Shown here in pieces: positions 9,434 to 17,197 of a DNA stretch of 64,000 nucleotides; positions within the stretch are counted from its first letter, which is position 1, and the number at the start of each line of letters is the position of its first letter. This DNA is from an uncultured bacterium (GTDB taxonomy: Bacteria; Verrucomicrobiota; Verrucomicrobiia; Verrucomicrobiales; DEV007): NCBI GenBank assembly GCA_963977015.1, contig CAXBMO010000001.1:448001-512000 (forward strand). Reading direction: 5' to 3'. A program made the position numbers and the translations under genes. Under the pieces are notes generated by a model. That model made no database searches and was not told the origin of the DNA. It saw nothing but the letters and a program-made list of their open reading frames with translations.

Positions 9434-10684
9434 ATGAGAAAGAAATCCACAGTTTCCGTATCTGCCATTATCCTCCTGCTGGGAATTCCTTCCGCATTTG
9501 CTCAAGACTCATCCAGCTTATCGGCAGGTGATACCGCCTGGATGCTCACGGCCACGGCTCTTGTGCTTTTCATGACGATTCCCGGTCTTGCTCTTTACTA
9601 CGGTGGACAGGTGCAGCGCAAGAACGTCTTGAGCGTGTTGATGAATTGCTTCGCGCTGACGTGCGTGATGAGCGTTGTCTGGCTGATCGTCGGCTACAGT
9701 TTGTCGGTTGGTGAATCTGGCGGCGGATTTTTTGGCCGAGGCCATGTTTTTCACCAGGGTGTCGGGAGAGAGGATATCCTGGAATCGGCTTTCCGGATGA
9801 CCTTCTTCATCTTCACTCCGGCGCTGATTATCGGCACGTTTGTTGAGCGAATGAAGTTTTCGGCAATGCTCCTGTTTTCCGTGCTGTGGGGCCTCACCGT
9901 TTTTGCTCCCATTTGTCACATCACCTGGTTCGGCGGATGGTTTCAGAAGGCGGGGGTTGTGGATCTCGCGGGTGGAATTGTGGTCCATCTATCAGCCGGG
10001 GTGGCCGCGTTGATCGCCTGCATCATGGTTGGCAAGCGTCAGAATCCACAGCCGCCCCACAATCTGCCAATGACGATGATGGGGACGGCAATGCTTTGGG
10101 TGGGATGGTTTGGATTCAATGGCGGGAGTCAGGGCGGCGCAAGCGACGAAGCTTCGATGACGCTGTTTGTGACCCACATTTCGGCAGCAACGGCAGCGAT
10201 AGTCTGGGCTGCGATCGAGTGGTTCACGATCAAGAAACCGAGCGTTCTCGGCATCGCGACAGGCGCCATCGCCGGATTGGCTGCGATTACGCCCGCTTCC
10301 GGAGTTGCCGGGCCAATGGGAGCTTTGCTGATTGGTGCGGTTTCCGGAATCTCCTGCTGGTGGGCGTCGGTTCGTCTGAAAGCCGCTCTTGGTTACGATG
10401 ATTCACTCGATGTTGTCGGAGTGCACGGTGTCGGCGGATTGGTCGGAACGTTGATGGTCGCGGTGGTCGGTCTCGGATCCATGGGGGGCTTCGGCGACAA
10501 GGGATTTGCCGAGCAATTGGGACTTCAATTTATGGGGGCGGGATTTACGATCGTCTACACCGCATTCGTCACCATGATTATTCTCCTTGTGACCATGGTG
10601 GTGTGCGGCGGACTACGTGTCAGCGACAGCGAAGAGAAGAAGGGGCTTGATCAATCCTCCCATGGGGAATCGGCCTATGATTAG
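9434..10684 (+). CDS. amtB: Ammonium transporter
   Basis: GDTAWML, DLAGGIVVH, LWVGWFGFNGGS and DDSLDVVGVHGVGG motifs; both pore His present; signal peptide from ATG 9434. Confidence 0.96.
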   Translation: MRKKSTVSVSAIILLLGIPSAFAQDSSSLSAGDTAWMLTATALVLFMTIPGLALYYGGQVQRKNVLSVLMNCFALTCVMSVVWLIVGYSLSVGESGGGFFGRGHVFHQGVGREDILESAFRMTFFIFTPALIIGTFVERMKFSAMLLFSVLWGLTVFAPICHITWFGGWFQKAGVVDLAGGIVVHLSAGVAALIACIMVGKRQNPQPPHNLPMTMMGTAMLWVGWFGFNGGSQGGASDEASMTLFVTHISAATAAIVWAAIEWFTIKKPSVLGIATGAIAGLAAITPASGVAGPMGALLIGAVSGISCWWASVRLKAALGYDDSLDVVGVHGVGGLVGTLMVAVVGLGSMGGFGDKGFAEQLGLQFMGAGFTIVYTAFVTMIILLVTMVVCGGLRVSDSEEKKGLDQSSHGESAYD

Positions 10685-10718
10685 AGTCTCTCCGGAATCG
10701 GCCTCCGGATTGACCAAC

Positions 10719-11369
10719 TCAATCACTCTGACGAAACTTGCGTTTCGGGGCGATTCCAGGAATCGCTCCGTAACCCACGAATTTTGAAGTGCTTCCCTTT
10801 CGGGGCATTTTAAAATCGAAAACGCTGACTCCGTGCCGGGCTTTGCCGGCATAGTAACGACCGCTGCTTGCGCCAACCATGACGGGTTTTCCGTCGGCTT
10901 TCTTGTGGCCCAGAAAGAGCATGACGTGAGAGGTCGGGGGATTTCGTTTCCCGACATTGTAGGTTCCCTCCCAAAAGAGGAGGTCGCCAGGTTGCAACTT
11001 CCTCAACTGGGGGTCGTTCACTGAGGAAGCCCCTTTCACCCGGTTCAGGGTGCCGTGTTTGTCTGCCCAGAGGTAGATGGTGTTCGCTTGGCGTGGTGAT
11101 GCAAAGCCGCTTTTCGTCAAAATATGTTGGACTGTTCCCGAGCAGTCCATTCCCCCGTTGGAAGGGGAATTTGAGCCGTATTGATAACCGAGGTTCTGAC
11201 TGGTAAGGCTGAGCGCGTAACGCAGGACGCTTTGCACCAGCGCGGGTTGACGATCAAATTCCTGAATATCGGACGGTTTCAGGGATGAAACTGCAACTTT
11301 GGACGCGAATGCAGATGTGGGGAGGATCAGGAGAAGCAGTAAACGCAGAACACAGAGAGGTTGATTCAT
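10719..11369 (-). CDS. NlpC/P60 cell-wall peptidase
   Basis: YQYG...GMDCSG, LQPGDLLFW, SHVMLFLG; signal peptide. Confidence 0.88.
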   Translation of the reverse strand: MNQPLCVLRLLLLLILPTSAFASKVAVSSLKPSDIQEFDRQPALVQSVLRYALSLTSQNLGYQYGSNSPSNGGMDCSGTVQHILTKSGFASPRQANTIYLWADKHGTLNRVKGASSVNDPQLRKLQPGDLLFWEGTYNVGKRNPPTSHVMLFLGHKKADGKPVMVGASSGRYYAGKARHGVSVFDFKMPRKGSTSKFVGYGAIPGIAPKRKFRQSD

Positions 11370-11410
11370 GGATGATGAGACGCAACAAGGCTGGAAATGA
11401 TGCAATCCGA

Positions 11411-12655
11411 TTAGCCGGGGAGTTGTCGGGGCGAGCTCATGGGGCTGTCAACGACTTCCCGGAGCCAGCGGAGGGCGTTTCTGGCTCCTTGAACCACGCG
11501 CGAGGGAAGAATCTCTTCCGCCTGGAGGTTGTTGGCAATCAGGTCTTCGTGGGTTTTGAATCGAGGTCGCAATTCGATCAGCGAAAGATACGTCTCTTCT
11601 CCGGCTTTTCGTGTTGTGATGGCGGGAAATGCCAAGCCTTTGCGCACGCCAAGACGGACGTTGGAAAGCAAAACCCGGACTTCGCGGCTTGGGAGGCACA
11701 GCCAAGGCTGGAAGCGAAATACCAATTCATTGCCTTCCCGCCGGACGGTTCCGTAGGTGCGTGGTTTGACTCCGGGAAGTCCCGGCCGGGCAAATCCTGA
11801 AATCTCTTCTCCGTCCTTCAGCGGCGTATCAAACCGGCTCAACAGAACGTCCCAGGCGAAAATGCTCCCAAACACATTCCAGCGAAAAGCCCACCCCGAG
11901 ATCGCGATGCAGAAAACCACGATAACCAGTGAGAGCGCGATTCCAAGCCAGGGAGAAAGGACCGACAACGCGGCGAATCCCGCCAAAAACATGGCCTTGA
12001 GCGCCAAAATTCCCGAAGTGATGATTGTGGAGGGGCTGAGAAGCAAAAGGCAGCGCAGGGCATGAAACGCCATCCAAACGGCCCCGAACATGAGGAGCAG
12101 GAGCGGCAACGCGAGAAAGATGGGAGCGATCAGCGGCATCGTGGCGAGGGGAGGGGCATGGCCGGATTCCATGAGTGGGGCTGATTCGGGAATCTGGGCT
12201 GCGATCGAGGCGGGAATGACTGCCAGGGCGACAACCAAGCCGCTCAGTTTGTTCTCCAACACGCTCAACGCGGATAATGGCTTGGTCAGCAGTTCGGGAA
12301 CGAGAGCGCCGAACGTGTTCTTGAAAATCCCGAGTCCAAAAATTCCAAGAGCAACGCCCCAAACCCACGGATTGGTGTACCACGGCAAATCCGCCCGAAA
12401 CTCGGCGTCGGTCTTCAGGTATTCCCACAATCCGAGAACGCCCATCCCCAGCAATGGAGAAATGGCCATTCCCGTGGTTGACGTGACCAAGCGTTCCAGT
12501 TTTACCGCTTCGCCAAAAACCGATTGGTTGAGCGTTTCTTCCGCCATCGGGACTCCTGCCTCGGGATCGGGAGTTTCTGCGGAAGAAGTCTGTCCGAAGG
12601 TCTGCGTGGTAACCAACGCAAAGACAAGAAAAACGGGGGCGATGATGAATTTCAT
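11411..12655 (-). CDS. Multi-pass membrane protein of unknown function
   Basis: Signal peptide, about 6-7 hydrophobic segments, soluble C-terminal domain; 5 bp from the longest reading of the NlpC/P60 ORF. Confidence 0.75.
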   Translation of the reverse strand: MKFIIAPVFLVFALVTTQTFGQTSSAETPDPEAGVPMAEETLNQSVFGEAVKLERLVTSTTGMAISPLLGMGVLGLWEYLKTDAEFRADLPWYTNPWVWGVALGIFGLGIFKNTFGALVPELLTKPLSALSVLENKLSGLVVALAVIPASIAAQIPESAPLMESGHAPPLATMPLIAPIFLALPLLLLMFGAVWMAFHALRCLLLLSPSTIITSGILALKAMFLAGFAALSVLSPWLGIALSLVIVVFCIAISGWAFRWNVFGSIFAWDVLLSRFDTPLKDGEEISGFARPGLPGVKPRTYGTVRREGNELVFRFQPWLCLPSREVRVLLSNVRLGVRKGLAFPAITTRKAGEETYLSLIELRPRFKTHEDLIANNLQAEEILPSRVVQGARNALRWLREVVDSPMSSPRQLPG

Positions 12656-12767
12656 GGTAGCACGTTGCAGGCTACACGAAATGGCCGCCTTAGGCGCGAC
12701 AAAATTCAGCCCTGTTTGTAGCGGGGAACCGTTCGTTGCCGCCTGCTCAAATTCCGCGCGTCCCGGG

Positions 12768-13298
12768 CTAACTGAACTTCAGGCGATTACAAAAGGCCAG
12801 GATCGCTTCATCCGTGAGATCCTGTTTGCTGCCTACAATCCGAATCTTCACAATATGTTCGCCGACCAGGAGCGCTTGAACCACCGTGCGCTGCTCGGCA
12901 CCGCCAGGTTGGGTTGTTGTGATGAGCCTTATCGCAGGATAACCGCCCACCGTGAGTGTCATGGCAGACTCTTCCTCGCGATTGAGTGCGTCTGCGAACT
13001 GACGTTCTTTGGTTAGAAGCTTCTCGGTATCGTCAATGTCTCCAGCTTCGGAAACCTGGAAGTAGGTCGTGATACGACCGTTGTCTGTGAACTTGCGCGT
13101 TGTGTATAGAATGAATCGGTTTCCAGAGGGCAGCGTTTTGTCTGTCGTCTCGGGCTCGCTGTCGAACTCAAAGCTGAGATTTCCAAACTTGAGGATCGTA
13201 TCGTCGAGCCCCGGAATATCAAAAGCCATTGCGGTATTACCGAGATTGCACGCAAGTAATACTGTTAGGGTAAAAGCTTTAGAGAAGAACGGATCCAC
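12768..13298 (-). CDS. Exported hypothetical protein (possibly PsbP/DcrB-like fold)
   Basis: Signal-like N-terminus; TLTVGGYPAIRL...ALLVGEHIVKI...AFCNRLKF pattern. Confidence 0.6.
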   Translation of the reverse strand: MDPFFSKAFTLTVLLACNLGNTAMAFDIPGLDDTILKFGNLSFEFDSEPETTDKTLPSGNRFILYTTRKFTDNGRITTYFQVSEAGDIDDTEKLLTKERQFADALNREEESAMTLTVGGYPAIRLITTTQPGGAEQRTVVQALLVGEHIVKIRIVGSKQDLTDEAILAFCNRLKFS

Positions 13299-13382
13299 GT
13301 TAGGAACCTAACGTGCTCTGAAAAATCACAACAAAATTGATGGGGAATCTTCGCCCCTCTGAAGACGCCGATTGAGCCGGGG

Positions 13383-14495
13383 CTAATCGCAAAGCGTCAC
13401 CATCTCGACGACCTTCAAACCGTGCCCATCCAGGCCAACGATCTTACGGGCGTGGTTAGAAAGGAGCCGAAGTTCGCGAACTCCCAGGTCAGAGAGAATC
13501 TGCGCCCCAATTCCATAGTCACGAAGGTCCATGGGAGTCTTTTGGGGAGAGTCGGTTTCTTCGAGGTGTTCCAGAATTGATTGATCGCTGGAATCTCGTT
13601 TCATGTAGATGAGAACGCCATTCCCTTCCTCGGCAATCCGTTTGAGGGAAAGATCGAGAAGACTCTTCTTGTGACTTGGATCACCGGGGCCAAAGACGTC
13701 TTCGATCACGTCCTCTCGGTGGACTCGAACCAGCGTGGGGTGCTGGTTGTCGACGTCTCCTCGAACCAAGGCAAAGTGAAACCGTTTGGAAATCGTGCTT
13801 TGATAAACGTGGAGATCAAATGGGCCATGTGCGGTGTGAATCGTTTTTTTCTTCTGAAACTCCACCAACTTCTCCCGCATCTGCCGGAAATTAATCAGTT
13901 CGGCAATGGTGCAGACTTTCAATTGATGTTGGTTCGCAAACTTCACCAATTCCGGGAGCCGGGCCATTGTTCCGTCCTCATTCAGAATCTCGCAAATGAC
14001 GGCAGCTGGTGGAAAGCCCGCCAACGTGGCGAGATCGACCGCCGCTTCGGTATGACCCGCGCGTCTCAGAACTCCGCCAGGTTTGGCCTGCAGTGGAAAA
14101 ATGTGTCCCGGCTGGACCAAATCTGCCGGTTTTGCCTTGGGATCCGCAAGAATCTCAATGGTTTTCGCGCGGTCGGGAGCGCTGATTCCCGTGGTGATTC
14201 CCTTGGCGGCATCAATCGAAACGGTGAAATTTGTGCCATATGCCTCACGATTTCTCCGAACCATCGCCTCGAGATCAAGCTCGGCGGCACGTTCCTCCGT
14301 AATCGGTGTGCAAATCAGGCCCCGCCCATGCACCGCCATGAAGTTGACCAACTCAGGGGTGATGGTAGCGGCTGCGGCAATCAAATCGCCTTCGTTCTCC
14401 CGGTCTTCATCGTCCACCACGATCACCAGTTTGCCGGCTGCAATATCGGCAATGACATCTTCGATCGGACTAAAGGGGGAATCGGGTTGGCTCAT
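13383..14495 (-). CDS. ribB: DHBP synthase fused to a degenerate GTP cyclohydrolase II-like domain (RibBX type)
   Basis: VVDDEDRENEGDL, GGVLRRAGHTEA and ICEI motifs; C-terminal domain LVRVHREDVIEDVFG lacks the Zn-binding cysteines. Confidence 0.93.
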   Translation of the reverse strand: MSQPDSPFSPIEDVIADIAAGKLVIVVDDEDRENEGDLIAAAATITPELVNFMAVHGRGLICTPITEERAAELDLEAMVRRNREAYGTNFTVSIDAAKGITTGISAPDRAKTIEILADPKAKPADLVQPGHIFPLQAKPGGVLRRAGHTEAAVDLATLAGFPPAAVICEILNEDGTMARLPELVKFANQHQLKVCTIAELINFRQMREKLVEFQKKKTIHTAHGPFDLHVYQSTISKRFHFALVRGDVDNQHPTLVRVHREDVIEDVFGPGDPSHKKSLLDLSLKRIAEEGNGVLIYMKRDSSDQSILEHLEETDSPQKTPMDLRDYGIGAQILSDLGVRELRLLSNHARKIVGLDGHGLKVVEMVTLCD

Positions 14496-14578
14496 GGGCT
14501 GGTTTCCAGGTTGTCGTTCCAATGGGGCGGTGATGGCTGGGCCTGCCTACTTAGGACTAGGATTGCAGCGCTGTCAGG

Positions 14579-14995
14579 TCAAAGCATGTGGGCAAATGTC
14601 GCGCCCAAAGCCATTGGTCCCAGTTGATGGTTTGTGCCGGCTTTCAGAAGCACCCACTGCACAAACGTGTTGCTGTTGGGGCCGGGCCACGACCAGTAGC
14701 GGAAGCGAGCCGGGTAACTTTCCGAGATCGTGCGCAACACCCCGAGAATTTCATCAGCTGGTCGATCGTGCCAGGTTACCTCGACCCAGCTACCGCCATT
14801 CCCGACTCCATCTGCGGGGGACTTGAGATTTTTATGGAGATGGCCCCACGATTCACCACGAACATCCGGATCCTGCCAAATTTCCCATCGAACCGGAGTT
14901 TCGGGATTGGTCCGGTCGACGAGCCAGTAGTGGGCCGCAATCCGTCCGAGAAATCCCGGGAGTCGCGCGAGACGAAGTTCGACCGTTGGTGTCAT
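14579..14995 (-). CDS. DUF3750-like protein
   Basis: AHYWLV...RWEIW...YP...YWSWPGPNSNTFV motif; ATGA overlap with the upstream protease. Confidence 0.7.
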   Translation of the reverse strand: MTPTVELRLARLPGFLGRIAAHYWLVDRTNPETPVRWEIWQDPDVRGESWGHLHKNLKSPADGVGNGGSWVEVTWHDRPADEILGVLRTISESYPARFRYWSWPGPNSNTFVQWVLLKAGTNHQLGPMALGATFAHML

Positions 14996-16002
14996 GTGGA
15001 TCGTGGGCGTGGGGTGACGTGTCGCGTCAACTTCTCGCCGTTTCTGATGACTTCAATCGGCCAACGTTGGTTGGCGCGCTCCTTCCCCATCATTCGGTGG
15101 AGATCGTCAATGCCATGAATCGCCGATTCGGCGAACCCGACAATCAAATCACCGTCCCGCAAACCGGCTTCGTCGGCCGGGCTTCCGCTTTCGACCTCAA
15201 CGACGAGAAGGGCCGTGTTTTCCGTTAGCTTGAACCGGCGCTGAGCCGAAGGAAGCAGATTGACATTTTGTCCGGCGACTCCCAGATAGCAGCGATCAAT
15301 TCGTCCGCTCGTAATCAATTCGGTGGCGACATAAAGCGCGGTTTTGCAGCCAATCGCAAAGCTGATTCCCTGGGCCGGTCGAATCACCGCGGTGTTCACG
15401 CCGATGACCTCGCCACGGCTGTTGACCAGTGGACCGCCCGAGTTTCCGGGATTGAGCGAGGCATCCGTTTGAATGACGTCTTCAATCAGCCGGCCGGTTT
15501 CGCTTCGCAAACTTCGCCCCAACGCGCTCACCACTCCTGCGGTGACCGTTTGTTGAAACCCGAGGGGGCTTCCAATCGCAATCGCCATTTGTCCCACGCG
15601 AAGCGAACTCTCATTGGCAAACGTGAGATGGGGCAGGGGGGATTGCGTATTGATCTGCAGCAGCGCCAGGTCGGTGAAGGGATCGTCACCCACGAGGTAG
15701 CCGGGCAATTCCTCCCCACTCTGCAGCGTAATGCGAAATTCACGATTTCCACCGGCGACATGACTGTTGGTGACGAGGAAGCCATCGGGAGTCATGAGAA
15801 AACCGGAGCCATGGGCATGGCCATTGCCGGTTGCGACGTGGACCACGGCTGGTCCGGAAATTTCGACCGATTGGGTCACCGCTTCGGAATAGGCATCGAG
15901 AGCTGCACGATTATCGGGGGCGGGGAGATTCGAAGGGGAGGGAGGTTCCGGGACTCGTTTCTTACCGGACCCGAACAAGACTGGTTGAGTAAAAAATTTC
16001 AT
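14992..16002 (-). CDS. HtrA/DegS-like S1C serine protease with one PDZ domain
   Basis: GSGF, VTNSHV, TDLAL, IQTDASLNPGNSGGPL and a C-terminal PDZ; no evident signal peptide. Confidence 0.93.
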   Translation of the reverse strand: MKFFTQPVLFGSGKKRVPEPPSPSNLPAPDNRAALDAYSEAVTQSVEISGPAVVHVATGNGHAHGSGFLMTPDGFLVTNSHVAGGNREFRITLQSGEELPGYLVGDDPFTDLALLQINTQSPLPHLTFANESSLRVGQMAIAIGSPLGFQQTVTAGVVSALGRSLRSETGRLIEDVIQTDASLNPGNSGGPLVNSRGEVIGVNTAVIRPAQGISFAIGCKTALYVATELITSGRIDRCYLGVAGQNVNLLPSAQRRFKLTENTALLVVEVESGSPADEAGLRDGDLIVGFAESAIHGIDDLHRMMGKERANQRWPIEVIRNGEKLTRHVTPRPRST

Positions 16003-16149
16003 GGGGAGATAGGGGCTGCTTACTTTGAGACTGAAAATTCGAGGTACCTTACAATCGCCATTGGAGCGGAAACTTGTTTGGGCCGGGCTTTTCAGTGTTG
16101 GGCCTCGAAACTTGGACGGGAAAAGGGCCGGTTGTCTTGAGTGCCTGCG

Positions 16150-16188
16150 AATTGTCACAAACTCTCGCTGGCGGTTTGTGTGACAATT
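16150..16188. promoter_or_regulatory. Perfect 10-bp inverted repeat (AATTGTCACA-N19-TGTGACAATT), candidate operator
   Basis: Lies in the divergent intergenic region between the htrA-like gene and the ROK-ppk1 operon. Confidence 0.45.
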
Positions 16189-16216
16189 TCGTAAAGAAGG
16201 GTCGAAAGATACGATT

Positions 16217-17191
16217 ATGCCTTCTACCCACTGGATCGGTTTCGACCTTGGCGGAACCAAAATGATGGCGAGCCTGCTCGACCGCAAACTCAATGTTCTT
16301 GGCTCGCTGCGCAAGAGTACAAAAGGGCACGCTGGTGCCGATCAAGGTCTCGAGCGGATCATCGATCTGATCGCGGAATTGTTGGATGAGCACAAGCTGG
16401 ACAAGGGCGCGATTTCCGGAATCGGAATGGCTTGTCCCGGAGTCGTGAATTCTCACAAGGGGATTCTTCGCCATGCGCCCAATCTCGGATGGAAAGAAAC
16501 GCCGATTGGGAAGGTGCTGAAGGCGCACTTTAAGGTGCCGGTCCATGTCCTCAACGATGTCGATGCGGGAGCCTATGGAGAGTATGCTCATGGAGCCGGA
16601 AAAGGTGCGAGCACTCTGGTTGCCGTATTTCCGGGAACCGGAATCGGCGGAGGTTGTGTGATCAACGGGAAGCTGTTGACGGGGAAAAATGCGTCCTGCA
16701 TGGAAATCGGGAATTTAAGGATCCTGTCTGCCGGGTTGACCGGCAAAGTTGGGGAACCGCCGAATATCGAAAGCATTGCAAGCCGGTTAGGAATCGCGAG
16801 CGCCGCTGCTGCGGAGGCCTATCGAGGAAACGCTCCCCATCTTTTGGAAGATGGCGGAACGGACATCCAAACGATCAAGAGTGGCTCAATCGCGAAAGCC
16901 ATCAAGGCCGGCGACCAAGCCATTGGCGAAATTGTGGAAAATGCGGCCCATTATCTGGGAATCAGTATCGCCGGAGTTGTCGACCTGTTAGGGCCCGACG
17001 TGATTGTTCTTGGAGGCGGGTTGGTTGAAAAGTTGCCGGGAATTTTTCTCGACGGGGTACGCAATGCGATCCAGCGTTATGCCAGTCCTGCCTTGGCCGA
17101 AGAAGTCGAAGTCCGCGAAGCAAAACTCGGCGATGATGCTGTTGTTGTTGGAGCTGCGGCCTATGCTCGAGCCAATGCAGAGGCAAGCTAG
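16217..17191 (+). CDS. ROK-family sugar kinase (glucokinase-like)
   Basis: GFDLGGTK, NDVDAGAYGE, GTGIGGG and LGGG motifs; lacks the CxCGxxGC Zn motif. Confidence 0.9.
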   Translation: MPSTHWIGFDLGGTKMMASLLDRKLNVLGSLRKSTKGHAGADQGLERIIDLIAELLDEHKLDKGAISGIGMACPGVVNSHKGILRHAPNLGWKETPIGKVLKAHFKVPVHVLNDVDAGAYGEYAHGAGKGASTLVAVFPGTGIGGGCVINGKLLTGKNASCMEIGNLRILSAGLTGKVGEPPNIESIASRLGIASAAAAEAYRGNAPHLLEDGGTDIQTIKSGSIAKAIKAGDQAIGEIVENAAHYLGISIAGVVDLLGPDVIVLGGGLVEKLPGIFLDGVRNAIQRYASPALAEEVEVREAKLGDDAVVVGAAAYARANAEAS

Positions 17192-17197
17192 GTTGTC

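Noticed and set aside
14496-14578. Possible FMN riboswitch before ribB
   Set aside because: Too short and lacks RFN consensus; only a TTGACC-N17-TAGTCC promoter-like signal.
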